Of a stretch of 64,000 bases of DNA, positions 27,805 through 37,673 are shown piece by piece; position 1 is the first letter of the stretch, and each line of letters begins with the position of its first letter. The translations under genes and the position numbers were made by a program. The notes beneath the pieces are model-generated. The model worked only from the letters and a program-made list of their open reading frames with translations, was not told the DNA's origin and searched no databases. The DNA is taken from positions 5,017 to 69,016 of the forward strand of contig JAZOBE010000009.1 in assembly GCA_045595785.1 (NCBI GenBank), read 5' to 3'. This stretch comes from Eubacteriales bacterium. GTDB lineage: Bacteria; Bacillota; Clostridia; Oscillospirales; CAG-382.

Positions 27805-29354
27805 TTCAGTTCTCCGTTTCCGCTTACATATCTCTTTACGGAAAGGTAATCGTTTGCATCCAGATAACCGTTGCGGTTTACGTCTGCGGAATTAGTGTTT
27901 TCGTCGATACTGCCGAGGTTTTTTTTAATTTTTTCAAGATCCTTTTCTTCGATCTTACCGTTTCCGTCAGCATCGCCTGCAATTGCAAACTTCTCAAGCA
28001 AAAACTCGCTTATCCACTGACGGTACTTGCTGTGGCCGTATTCACTGCAATGGAGTCCGTCATACATCATGGTAAACTTTGCCATATCCTCGTTTTCGCT
28101 TAGCTTGTTTATATCAACAAGACCGCAGCCGTATTCGTCAGCCAGGCTTCTGACCGCGTTGCAGAAATCCTGCATATGCTTTCCGGTATAATCCAGTCCG
28201 TACTGACCGGGAGTATAATAATTGGTTGCGTTGTGAGGGGTGTGAGGAGTTACCAAAACCACGTAACAATCTATCTTTTGCAATTCCTCAATAAAATACT
28301 TGATGTTGGCGGTATAGGTGTTAAGGGGATTGTTGGGCTTGCCCGTTGCCACCACCTCTGCCTGATCGTTCATACCGAAATTGATAATACAAACGTCGGG
28401 GTTTTTATCCAGAACGTCACGTTTAAAGCGGTTTTTGCCCATAGTAGAGGTATCTCCGCCTACGCCGGAATTAATAACGTCGGTGCCGACAACGGTAAGC
28501 ATACCCTTTACCCAGCCGGTAAAGGCAGTAAGACTGTCACCAAACGCCACCACCGTCTTTTCACTCAATTCGGACATAAACGCGCTGTCCTCAAACACAG
28601 CCATTTTGGTGCGGACAACGGGAGAATACTCATTGCCCTTTTTAGCCCACAGAGAAACTGTAAGCATACTTGTACCGCTGAACACGCTTTTGGGTATCTT
28701 ATACGTATCGGAGGTGAGCTTTTTGGTGCTTTGCTTGACTGCGCCGTCATCACAAACGGACGCATCGTTTATAAGCAGGTAATATTCGGTGTTTTTATCA
28801 AAGTTTTCTATATTTAAGGTAAATCCGTTTTTGCTTGCGGCGGTGGTGCCCATATGGTTAAGGTTGGTTTTGGGCGCATCGATTCCCTCACCTTTGGGAG
28901 TGTGGGGAGTGCCCGCACCCTTTCCGCCGAAGGTTACCTTGGCGGTGGAGCCCATATAAAGATACGCGACGTCCCCAACCTTTACGTTTACCAGCCCGTC
29001 AAAAGAAGAAGAATAACAGTCTGCAATAACAAATCCGTTTTTGGGAATTACCGCGGCTTTTGTCATGCCCGTTCCGGTAGTGGCGTTAACGCTTATGACC
29101 TTATATACACCCTCGGAAAAATCGTAATCGCAAACAATAACTCTCCACCAGGAATAATCGTGATAATTTGCGGAGGGAAGTGTGTCCTTCCCGAAATCCG
29201 AGGTAAAAAGTATAGCGTCCTTCTCGGTATAAGAATCCACGTTTACTTTGTTTGCCGTCCACGTAACGGTGGCGGCAGACACGTTTGACACGGGCATTAC
29301 CGCACACATAAGACAAAGGGCAAGCATAAAGGATACGGCTTTTTTAATATTCAT
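27786..29354 (-). CDS. secreted SGNH/GDSL hydrolase with C-terminal type I dockerin
   Basis: ATG at 29354 (MNIKKAVSF.., signal peptide ending SNVSAA) with RBS GAGAGGGAAA. GDSL block VAFGDSLT and DGLH block are present. Two dockerin calcium-binding repeats: DADGNGKIEEKD and DVNRNGYLDAND. Confidence 0.85.
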   Translation of the reverse strand: MNIKKAVSFMLALCLMCAVMPVSNVSAATVTWTANKVNVDSYTEKDAILFTSDFGKDTLPSANYHDYSWWRVIVCDYDFSEGVYKVISVNATTGTGMTKAAVIPKNGFVIADCYSSSFDGLVNVKVGDVAYLYMGSTAKVTFGGKGAGTPHTPKGEGIDAPKTNLNHMGTTAASKNGFTLNIENFDKNTEYYLLINDASVCDDGAVKQSTKKLTSDTYKIPKSVFSGTSMLTVSLWAKKGNEYSPVVRTKMAVFEDSAFMSELSEKTVVAFGDSLTAFTGWVKGMLTVVGTDVINSGVGGDTSTMGKNRFKRDVLDKNPDVCIINFGMNDQAEVVATGKPNNPLNTYTANIKYFIEELQKIDCYVVLVTPHTPHNATNYYTPGQYGLDYTGKHMQDFCNAVRSLADEYGCGLVDINKLSENEDMAKFTMMYDGLHCSEYGHSKYRQWISEFLLEKFAIAGDADGNGKIEEKDLEKIKKNLGSIDENTNSADVNRNGYLDANDYLSVKRYVSGNGELKWNKNK

Positions 29355-29434
29355 ATATTTCCCTCTCAGCAAAAGATTTGTACACAAATATATTACATTA
29401 GTTTTGACGGTTTGTCAACCAAAAACGGGCTGTG

Positions 29435-29463
29435 TTGACAAATATGGGTTTTTCAAGTATAAT
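29435..29463 (+). promoter_or_regulatory. consensus sigma-A promoter TTGACA-17-TATAAT
   Basis: TTGACA at 29435-29440, TATAAT at 29458-29463, 45 nt upstream of the 29508 ATG. Confidence 0.6.
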
Positions 29464-29507
29464 GTAAGATAAAGTCAGAAAAAAGCATAAAAAAAGGTGT
29501 TTTATAT

Positions 29508-31856
29508 ATGAAAAACGGAAAAGGAAGATTTTTGGCGGTAATACTGCTGATAACTCTGCTCTTCGCCGCCTGTGACACGGGGGACGAGGTTAGCGTACCC
29601 GAGATTTCTACCGAGCCTATTGTAACCACCCCTACATATACCTATAACGATTATCTTGAGGAGGCGCCTACCGGCTGGAGCCCCTTAAGCTGGCATACCG
29701 AGGAGGATGAATATATCCTTTCTCTTACCGCTATGGGTCTGTATGACTTTGTCCTTAACGAGGACGGAAGCGGATATTCACTTGTTCCCGAAATGGCGGC
29801 AGGTGAGCCTGAGGACGTAACCGCAAGCTATGCGGGTGACGAAAAGTGGGGTATCCCTGCTGATGCGGCTGAGGGATACGCCTACAAGATAACCCTTAAC
29901 CCCTCCGCCTGCTGGGAGGACGGCACACCTATCAACGGTGAGACCTATCTGTATTCCGCGCAGCAGCTGTTGGACAGCAGTGCCAAAAACTACCGCGCTT
30001 CTATGTTTACCACCGGCTCTCTTGCTTTGGCAAACGGAAGCGAATATTATAATAACGATAAAGCAGGTCAGCCCGTTTACCGCGATAATATGCAGGGCGG
30101 AGTTTACGTTCACCCCTATGAAAGCTGGATAAAGGGTGAGGGCGGCGTATACACCACCGACGAGGGCGAAAAGCTTATGTTCGTGCTGGACAGCGCGCTG
30201 GCAGGCATGAACGGATATTCCATCCAAAGCTGGTTTGAGGAATCGGGCGAAAAGGATTTTGCATCCTGCCTCCCCGAATTACGTGCGCTGGCTGACAAAA
30301 ACGGGTTTGTTCCCGTAACCGATGAAAGTATTGGTATTCTCTATTCCTTTACCGGTTCAAAGGCGTGGGGCAAGGAAAGTAAGGACGAGCTTGCATCCTA
30401 CGTTTATTACGGTGACGGAGTGTACACCTACGTTCCCTGGAGCGACGTGGGCTTTATAAAATCCGGTGAGCACGAGATAACTCTTATTCTTGACAAGCCG
30501 GTTGAGGTGTTTTACGTTAAATACGCACTTACCGATAATTTTATTGTTAAAAAGGATATTTACGAGCAGGACAAGACCTCCTACGGCAAGAACGCCGAAA
30601 GCTATGCTTCCTACGGTCCCTATAAGCTGGTGACCTATATGGAAAACCGTCTGTTTGTGTTTGAGAAAAACCTTTCTTTCTACGGATATTCCGACGGACA
30701 GCACGAGGGTCAGTATATGACCGATACCGTGAACTGCACGGTTATTCCCGAAAAGAGTGAGGCGCTGGAGCTGTTCTTATCCGGCAAGCTGGACAGACTT
30801 TTGCTTTCCGCATCCGATATGGAAACCTACGGCGATAGCGATTATATTCTGTTCACGCCCGAGGATTTTACATCCAAGCTTTCCTTTAACGGAGATATAG
30901 AAGCGCTTAAAGCTCGTGAGAACGAGGGTATAAACAAAACTATTCTGGCATACAAGGATTTCCGCAAGGCAATATCTCTGTGTATTGACAGAGAGGCGTT
31001 TTGCGCCACCTGCACCGCAACCCACCAGCCGGGATACGGACTGTATAACTATATGTACGTTTCCGACCCTGAGACGGGTGCCTTGTACCGTAACACCGCC
31101 CACGCAAAGAATGCGCTGTGCGAGTTTTACGGCGTGAACAACGTGGCGGAAATAACCGGGTATGACCTTGAAAAAGCATCTGCACTGTTTGTTCAGGCGT
31201 ATGAAAGATGTTTTGAGGACGGTAATATTTCCGAGACCGACGTTATCAAGCTTGAGCTTTCGGTTGCCAAGGATAACGATACGAGCAGAAAAACCGTTGA
31301 TTTTATCAACAGCGCTGTGAACTCCGCAGTTCTTGGCACCGCACTTGAGGGCAGAATTGAAATTGTGCTTAAGGAGGACGCGGATTTTTACGAGAGCTGC
31401 AGGTTCGGTCTTACGGATATGATAATATCCACCTGGGGCGGATACGCTATGTCCCCCTACACGCTGATGGAGTTTTACTGCTCCAACGATAAGCATTACG
31501 AATACGGCTTTAACGGCGAATTGGAGATGCTGAGCATCGTTATCGGTGAGGAGACGGCTACAGCATCCTTTACCGAGTGGTTTTACAAGCTGTCTGCAGG
31601 CGAATATTCCACCGCCGACAAGGACCTGCGCACGTATATACTTGCGTGTCTGGAAAAGGGTATACTGGAAAACTATTACACCACTCCCCTTTACTACCGC
31701 ACGTCCGCTTCCCTAAGGGGCAGAAAGGTGGTTTACGCCGCCGAGGAATACGTGCAAAATCTGGGCTTTGGCGGTATACGCTATATGACCTATGCCTATG
31801 ACGACGCAAAGTGGAACGTGTATATGGAAGAAAGCAATTATTCCTTCAATTATTAA
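29508..31856 (+). CDS. ABC transporter substrate-binding lipoprotein, family 5 (peptide/oligosaccharide type), no permease genes adjacent
   Basis: 782 aa. Lipobox LLFAAC. Family-5 signature region ITLNPSACWEDGTPINGETYLYS. Confidence 0.7.
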   Translation: MKNGKGRFLAVILLITLLFAACDTGDEVSVPEISTEPIVTTPTYTYNDYLEEAPTGWSPLSWHTEEDEYILSLTAMGLYDFVLNEDGSGYSLVPEMAAGEPEDVTASYAGDEKWGIPADAAEGYAYKITLNPSACWEDGTPINGETYLYSAQQLLDSSAKNYRASMFTTGSLALANGSEYYNNDKAGQPVYRDNMQGGVYVHPYESWIKGEGGVYTTDEGEKLMFVLDSALAGMNGYSIQSWFEESGEKDFASCLPELRALADKNGFVPVTDESIGILYSFTGSKAWGKESKDELASYVYYGDGVYTYVPWSDVGFIKSGEHEITLILDKPVEVFYVKYALTDNFIVKKDIYEQDKTSYGKNAESYASYGPYKLVTYMENRLFVFEKNLSFYGYSDGQHEGQYMTDTVNCTVIPEKSEALELFLSGKLDRLLLSASDMETYGDSDYILFTPEDFTSKLSFNGDIEALKARENEGINKTILAYKDFRKAISLCIDREAFCATCTATHQPGYGLYNYMYVSDPETGALYRNTAHAKNALCEFYGVNNVAEITGYDLEKASALFVQAYERCFEDGNISETDVIKLELSVAKDNDTSRKTVDFINSAVNSAVLGTALEGRIEIVLKEDADFYESCRFGLTDMIISTWGGYAMSPYTLMEFYCSNDKHYEYGFNGELEMLSIVIGEETATASFTEWFYKLSAGEYSTADKDLRTYILACLEKGILENYYTTPLYYRTSASLRGRKVVYAAEEYVQNLGFGGIRYMTYAYDDAKWNVYMEESNYSFNY

Positions 31857-31863
31857 ATGAAAA

Positions 31864-31900
31864 AGCGAGAGACCTTAAACGATCTCTCGCTTTATTTTTG
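31864..31900. terminator. bidirectional terminator between convergent genes
   Basis: AGCGAGAGA-loop-TCTCTCGCT flanked by A-run and T-run. Confidence 0.7.
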
Positions 31901-31903
31901 TTT

Positions 31904-32590
31904 TTATACACCGCGGAGCTGTGCTTCGGGAACGTATTTTCTTGCCGAAGCAAGAAGTAAATTCATTTCTTCCTTGGTGAGTCCGGTGCAGGACGGGTCG
32001 ATAAGTGCGCCGGAATCTATAAATCCCTGCAAAAAATACCGCTTTGCCCCTTGGATAAGCTGCGCCGCCTCAGAAATACTTTTCTCGGTGTGATAACCGC
32101 GGACGCAGGTGGTGCGGAATTCGTATTCCGTTTCGGAGGAAATAAGCAAATCCACCGTGCGTTTTATCTTTTCGGTATCCACTTCCCTGCCACAGGTACG
32201 GGAATACTCGGAAAGGCTGTTTTTAATATCCACAGCCACGTAGGAAACTATATTTTCATTTAATATTTCCTCCAGCATTTCGGGAAAAAAGCCGTTTGTA
32301 TCCAGCTTTACCTCAAAGCCCGAGTCTTTTATTTTTTTAAGAAAAACCTTTATATCCTTTCGCAAAAGGGGCTCGCCTCCCGTAACGCAGACACCGTCCA
32401 GCAAGCCGTTGCGGGTGGAGAGGAATGAAAAGAATTTTTCTTCTGTCATTACGGTATCGCCCTTTTCCAGAACAAGAGACGAGTTGTGGCAAAAGGGGCA
32501 TCTTAAATTACAGCCTGCCAAAAACACGGTACAGGCACAATGGCCGGGGTAATCCAAAAGTGTTAATTTTTGTATTCCGTTAATATCCAT
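31904..32590 (-). CDS. radical SAM activating enzyme, anaerobic ribonucleotide reductase activase (NrdG-like)
   Basis: ATG at 32590 (MDINGIQKLTLLDYPG..) with RBS GGGAGG. Cluster CNLRCPFCHN. 228 aa. Confidence 0.7.
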   Translation of the reverse strand: MDINGIQKLTLLDYPGHCACTVFLAGCNLRCPFCHNSSLVLEKGDTVMTEEKFFSFLSTRNGLLDGVCVTGGEPLLRKDIKVFLKKIKDSGFEVKLDTNGFFPEMLEEILNENIVSYVAVDIKNSLSEYSRTCGREVDTEKIKRTVDLLISSETEYEFRTTCVRGYHTEKSISEAAQLIQGAKRYFLQGFIDSGALIDPSCTGLTKEEMNLLLASARKYVPEAQLRGV

Positions 32591-32703
32591 ATCAGTCGCC
32601 TCCCGTTTTTTGATTATACACCATACAGCGCAAAAAAGCAACTTTTATGTTGACACCTATGAGGAATTATTGTAAAATACCACCGTAAAGGAGTGGTTTT
32701 TTT

Positions 32704-33618
32704 ATGGTTACGAAAAAGGATTTTTACGGCGCGGAGGAATACGTTATTCAATCGGAAAACCTGTCCGTTTCGGTTATAGATTACGGCGCATCGGTAAAAA
32801 GCATTCGCTTTATGGGAAAAGAGCTTACCTTGGGGTATGACACTCTTGAAGGATATAAAAACGGCACCTATTATATCGGTGCGGTGGCAGGAAGATATGC
32901 AAACCGTATTGCAAAGGGAAGCTTTGAAATTAACGGAAAAGAATATACACTTGATATAAACAACGGCAAAAACCATCTTCACGGCGGAAACAACGGGTTT
33001 GATTCAAAGACATGGAAAGCAAGTGAGGTTACCGAAAGCTCGGTGCTGTTTGAATGCTTTTCCCCCGAAGGAGAGTGCGGTTATCCCGGTAATCTTAAGG
33101 CAGGGGTGCGCTACACCGTTGAGGGAGACAGACTGAGAGTTGATTTTTACGGCGAATCGGATGCAGATACATACTTTGCCCCCACCACCCACACCTATTT
33201 TAATATGGGAAAGGACAACGTAAAGGGAATAAAGCTTACCATAAACGCATCCCGCTACGTGCCGGTGGACGAAGGGCTGATTCCTACGGGAGAGCTGAAG
33301 GATGTTGACGAGGTGTTTGATTTCACAAACGGAAAATGTCTTGGGGAAACCTATTACGACCACGCCTTTTGTCTTGACGGAAAAAATGCCTTTACCGCAG
33401 AGTGGAACGGTGTGAAGATGAGCATGGAAACAAACTGCCCTTATCTTCAGCTTTACACCGGTGAGTTTCTTACCGAAGGATTTACGCCCGGCGCAGGCTT
33501 TGCCGCAGAGCCTGAGTTTTGCCCCGACAGCCCCAACCAGGATTTTTGCCAAAAGCCTTTGCTTAAAAAGGGCGAGGAATACAAAAAATATGCGGAATAT
33601 ACCTTTGCTTTAAGTTGA
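32704..33618 (+). CDS. galM: aldose 1-epimerase (galactose mutarotase family)
   Basis: NNGKNHLHGGNNGFDSKTW and FAAEPEFCPDSPN. Confidence 0.8.
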   Translation: MVTKKDFYGAEEYVIQSENLSVSVIDYGASVKSIRFMGKELTLGYDTLEGYKNGTYYIGAVAGRYANRIAKGSFEINGKEYTLDINNGKNHLHGGNNGFDSKTWKASEVTESSVLFECFSPEGECGYPGNLKAGVRYTVEGDRLRVDFYGESDADTYFAPTTHTYFNMGKDNVKGIKLTINASRYVPVDEGLIPTGELKDVDEVFDFTNGKCLGETYYDHAFCLDGKNAFTAEWNGVKMSMETNCPYLQLYTGEFLTEGFTPGAGFAAEPEFCPDSPNQDFCQKPLLKKGEEYKKYAEYTFALS

Positions 33619-33715
33619 GTTTAAGCAAAAAAAAGTAATATGGATACAGACGGAGGCAGTCGGTTTTTACATAAGACCCACCCCTTTTGCATTCCGTCTG
33701 TATTTTCCCCCCTTG

Positions 33716-33747
33716 GGACGGTGAACGCCAACACCGTCCTTTTTTTA
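33716..33747 (+). terminator. rho-independent terminator
   Basis: GGACGGTG-aacgccaa-CACCGTCC followed by T7. A second weaker hairpin plus T-run follows at about 33780-33808. Confidence 0.75.
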
Positions 33748-33817
33748 TTTTTCCCGTGAGAGGAATATATCCCCAAGCCGTTCCTGCCCCACGAACGGTA
33801 CTTTTTTTGAAAAAGTA

Positions 33818-33846
33818 TTGATAATTTAATAATTTTGGAGTATAAT
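33818..33846 (+). promoter_or_regulatory. sigma-A promoter TTGATA-17-TATAAT
   Basis: TTGATA at 33818-33823, TATAAT at 33841-33846, upstream of gpmI. Confidence 0.55.
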
Positions 33847-33902
33847 CTACTTAATAATGGAGTATTGTATCCAAAAATATATAAAGCAGGAGAAATGTTA
33901 AA

Positions 33903-35534
33903 ATGGCAGAGCTTAAAAACGGGGCTGTTAAGACCCCTGTGGTTACTATAGTTATGGATGGTGTGGGACTTTGTCCCCGTACGGAGGGTAACGCTGTTGC
34001 CGCCGCAGACACACCTACTTTAGATATGCTTATGGCGTCCTATCCCACCTTTTCACTTAAAGCCCACGGCACTGCCGTTGGTCTTCCCTCTGACGACGAT
34101 ATGGGTAACAGTGAGGTTGGTCATAACGCGCTGGGCGCAGGTCAGGTGTTTGCCCAGGGCGCAAAGCTGGTTTCCTCCGCTATTGAAAGCGGCAAGCTTT
34201 TCGCAAGTGACAGCTGGAAGAAGGTAGTTGCAAACGTTGGTGAAAACGGCACCCTTCATTTCCTCGGTCTGTTTTCCGATGGTAACGTTCATTCTCATAT
34301 CGACCATCTGAAGGCGCTTATCGAGAAAGCAAAGGCAGACGGCGTTAAGAAGGTAAGAGTTCACATCCTGCTGGACGGACGTGACGTTGGCGAGACCAGC
34401 GCCCTTGATTACGTTGACCCCTTTGAGGAATTCCTTGCTTCTCTGTGCGACGAGGGCTTTGACGCACGTATTGCATCCGGCGGCGGAAGAATGGTTATTA
34501 CTATGGACAGATACGAGGCTAACTGGTCTATGGTTGAAAAGGGCTGGCACACCCACGTTCTGGGCGAGGGCAGACAGTTTGCATCCGCACACGAGGCTAT
34601 CGTTACCTACCGTGAGGAGACAGGAAAGATCGACCAGGATCTTCCTCCCTTCGTTATTGCCGAGAACGGTACTCCCGTCGGCACCGTTGAGGATGGTGAC
34701 AGCGTAGTATTCTTTAACTTCCGCGGTGACAGAGCTATTGAAATATCCAAGGCCTTTGACGACAAGGATTTTGATAAGTTTGACCGTGTACGCAACCCCA
34801 AGGTTGTATACGCAGGCATGCTTGAATATGACGGAGATGCTCATATCCCCTCCATGTTCCTTGTATCTCCTCCCGAAATTTCCAACACCATGGGTGAATT
34901 TCTTGCTCAGCAGGGCGTTAACCAGTACGCGCTGAGCGAGACACAGAAATACGGCCACGTTACCTATTTCTGGAACGGAAACAGAAGTGGCAAGTTTAAC
35001 GAAGAACTTGAGACTTACGTTGAAGTTCCCTCTGACGTGGTTCCCTTTGAGCAGCGCCCCTGGATGAAGTGCGCAGAGATAACCGACCTGCTTATTGAAG
35101 CTCTTGAAAGCGGCAAGTACGGATATCTCCGTGTAAACTTCCCCAATGGCGATATGGTAGGACACACCGGCTCCTTTGCCGCTACCAAGATCTCTATGGA
35201 AGCGCTGGATCTGTGTCTGGCACGTATCCTTAAGGCTGTTGATAAGGCAGGCGCGGTTGCGGTAATTACCGCAGACCACGGCAATGCCGACGAAATGTAC
35301 GAATACAACAAGAAGAAGGGCGCAGTTGCTCTTAACGAGGACGGCACCCCCAAGGCAAAAACAAGCCATACTCTCAACCCCGTTCCCTGCATTATTTACG
35401 ATAACACCGGCAGAAACGATTACGTTTGCGTAGAAGGCGAATACGGTCTGGCAAACGTAGCGGCAACCGTTGTTACTCTGCTTGGTTATGAGCCCAAGGA
35501 AATGTGGGAAAAGTCTATGATAAATATAAAATGA
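33903..35534 (+). CDS. gpmI: 2,3-bisphosphoglycerate-independent phosphoglycerate mutase
   Basis: 543 aa. VMDGVGL and MGNSEVGHNALGAG (catalytic Ser region), plus metal-binding ADHGNADEM. Confidence 0.92.
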   Translation: MAELKNGAVKTPVVTIVMDGVGLCPRTEGNAVAAADTPTLDMLMASYPTFSLKAHGTAVGLPSDDDMGNSEVGHNALGAGQVFAQGAKLVSSAIESGKLFASDSWKKVVANVGENGTLHFLGLFSDGNVHSHIDHLKALIEKAKADGVKKVRVHILLDGRDVGETSALDYVDPFEEFLASLCDEGFDARIASGGGRMVITMDRYEANWSMVEKGWHTHVLGEGRQFASAHEAIVTYREETGKIDQDLPPFVIAENGTPVGTVEDGDSVVFFNFRGDRAIEISKAFDDKDFDKFDRVRNPKVVYAGMLEYDGDAHIPSMFLVSPPEISNTMGEFLAQQGVNQYALSETQKYGHVTYFWNGNRSGKFNEELETYVEVPSDVVPFEQRPWMKCAEITDLLIEALESGKYGYLRVNFPNGDMVGHTGSFAATKISMEALDLCLARILKAVDKAGAVAVITADHGNADEMYEYNKKKGAVALNEDGTPKAKTSHTLNPVPCIIYDNTGRNDYVCVEGEYGLANVAATVVTLLGYEPKEMWEKSMINIK

Positions 35535-35574
35535 GGAACGAGGAATGTGACGCGATGCGTTTCACGCACCGCTA

Positions 35575-35655
35575 AATGAGGAATTATTGTTGATTTTTGT
35601 TCCACGGAACAAAAATCCTCCTTCATTCATCATTTATCCTTTATCATTTCTCATT
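35575..35655 (+). repeat. 81-bp palindromic element, second family, copy 1
   Basis: AATGAGGAAT..hairpin TTTTTGTTCC-AC-GGAACAAAAA..CATTTCTCATT. Same architecture as the reverse complement of 62743-62822. Confidence 0.75.
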
Positions 35656-35675
35656 TATCATTTCAATTTAATGCT

Positions 35676-36389
35676 ATGATTATCAACTATATCCAACAAT
35701 ACCTTGCCGGCGGAGATATTTACGATATACTCATCTTCGCGGCAATAACACTTACTGCCTTGCTGTTCTCTCTTACGGTGCACGAGTGCGCCCACGGCTG
35801 GATGGCACATTTATGCGGTGACGATACCGCTTATATGAACGGCAGAGTTACATTAAATCCCATTGCTCATCTTGACCCGTTGGGTGCTTTGATGATGCTG
35901 TTTGTGGGATTCGGCTGGGCAAAGCCTGTGCCGGTCAACTTCCGCAATCTTAACAAACCGAAAAGAGATATTGCGCTGGTTTCCCTTGCGGGCCCCGTTT
36001 CCAACCTGATTATGGGATTTGTGTTTACCGGCGCACACACCGCTATATATGCCTTTGCCACCTATTCGGAGACAATGCAGGTCATATACTCCGCATTTTA
36101 TATTGCGGCGGTGCTGAATATCGGTCTTGCTGTGTTTAACCTTATACCCCTGCCCCCTCTGGACGGAAGCAAGGTGCTTGCATGCCTGCTCCCGCCCAAC
36201 ACCGCGGCAAAATATTTGATGTGGGAAAGACACTTCCGCTTAATTATGCTGGTGCTTATTCTGGGACAAAGACTGCCATATATCGGTGATATTATCGATA
36301 AGCTGTGGCTTCCCGTGGATATGGTACGAAGCAGTATTATAAACGGTATGGAATTACTGTTTGATTTATTCTGGAAGCTGTTTCTGTAA
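35676..36389 (+). CDS. site-2 protease family (M50) membrane metalloprotease
   Basis: HECAHGWMAH (HExxH) and NLIPLPPLDGSKV. Confidence 0.8.
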   Translation: MIINYIQQYLAGGDIYDILIFAAITLTALLFSLTVHECAHGWMAHLCGDDTAYMNGRVTLNPIAHLDPLGALMMLFVGFGWAKPVPVNFRNLNKPKRDIALVSLAGPVSNLIMGFVFTGAHTAIYAFATYSETMQVIYSAFYIAAVLNIGLAVFNLIPLPPLDGSKVLACLLPPNTAAKYLMWERHFRLIMLVLILGQRLPYIGDIIDKLWLPVDMVRSSIINGMELLFDLFWKLFL

Positions 36390-36392
36390 ATA

Positions 36393-37112
36393 ATGGAAGA
36401 AAAAATATTAAAGATCGAGCAATACGAAGGTCCTCTTGACCTGCTGCTTGCACTTATACAAAAGCATAAGATAGATATATTGGATATACCCATATCCGAT
36501 ATCTGCGAGCAATACATTGAATATATCGAAACGCTCCAGTCCCAGCAGATGGAGGTTACGGGTGAATTTATAGTTATGGGCGCCACCCTTATGCTTATAA
36601 AATCCCGTATGCTTCTTCCCCGTGAAGAAGGGGAGGAAGACCCCAGACAGCCTCTTGTTGACGCGTTGCTTGAGCACCGCAAGGCAGAGCTGGCGGCAGT
36701 AATACTTAAGGACCGTGCAGACGAATATTACAACCGTTTCACCCGTGAGCCGGAGGAGTTGCCTCCCGGCAGTTATTCCAGACTGCACCCCGTTTCTCTT
36801 TTGGTGGAGGCGTTCATCCGAATGGGCACCCGTATTCCCGAGGAGGGTGAGAAGGGTCAGCCTGCGCTGTTTGAAAAGCTGGAAAAGGAGCGGTACTTCA
36901 CCGTTGACGAAAAGGTGCTTCACATCGCAAAGCGAATGTCAAGATTTAAGCGATGCGCCTTTACCGTGCTTTTTGACGATTGCGGCGGCAGAGGTGAGAT
37001 CATCGCCACCTTCCTTGCACTTCTTGAGATGGTGCGTGACGGTGCGGTTATGGTAAGCAGAGACGAAAACGAAGAAATTTATCTTGAAATAATGCCGGAG
37101 GAGGAAGAATAA
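36393..37112 (+). CDS. scpA: segregation and condensation protein A
   Basis: YEGPLDLLLALIQKHKIDILDIPISDI. Followed by scpB. Confidence 0.9.
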   Translation: MEEKILKIEQYEGPLDLLLALIQKHKIDILDIPISDICEQYIEYIETLQSQQMEVTGEFIVMGATLMLIKSRMLLPREEGEEDPRQPLVDALLEHRKAELAAVILKDRADEYYNRFTREPEELPPGSYSRLHPVSLLVEAFIRMGTRIPEEGEKGQPALFEKLEKERYFTVDEKVLHIAKRMSRFKRCAFTVLFDDCGGRGEIIATFLALLEMVRDGAVMVSRDENEEIYLEIMPEEEE

Positions 37113-37115
37113 AAC

Positions 37116-37673
37116 ATGAATATATCTGAAATTTCTGCGGCATTGGAGGCGGTGCTGTTCGCTTGCGGCGCACCCGTACAAAAGGAAAAGCTGACAGAGC
37201 TTTTTGACCTGACGGGGGACGAGCTTACCGAGGCGGCAGAGCATCTGCGTGAAAAATTAAACGACGGAGAAAGCGGTATACAGCTTATTTATCTTGACGG
37301 AGCGTATCAGCTTTGCACCAAAAGCTGTATGGCAGACCTTGTCCGCAAGGCCCTTGAAATGAAGAAAACTCCGCCACTTTCCAAAGCGTCACTTGAGGTG
37401 CTGGCAATAGTTGCATATAACCAGCCCGTTACAAGATCCTTTATCGAGACTGTCCGCGGTGTGGATTCGTCCTACGTTGTAGGCGCGTTGATGGACAAGG
37501 GGCTTATCTGCGAAAAGGGTTATCTTGATGCGCCCGGCAGACCTACCCTTCTCGGTACGGGAGACAACTTCCTGCGCTGCTTTGGCTTGGAAAGTCTGGA
37601 CGAGCTGCCCGATACGGGCGTTCTTATGGCGGAAAGCGAAACTGTAGGGAGCTTGATTCCGGAGGACGAATAA
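37116..37673 (+). CDS. scpB: segregation and condensation protein B
   Basis: AALEAVLFACGAPV.., LSKASLEVLAIVAYNQPVTR, GRPTLLGT. Confidence 0.9.
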   Translation: MNISEISAALEAVLFACGAPVQKEKLTELFDLTGDELTEAAEHLREKLNDGESGIQLIYLDGAYQLCTKSCMADLVRKALEMKKTPPLSKASLEVLAIVAYNQPVTRSFIETVRGVDSSYVVGALMDKGLICEKGYLDAPGRPTLLGTGDNFLRCFGLESLDELPDTGVLMAESETVGSLIPEDE

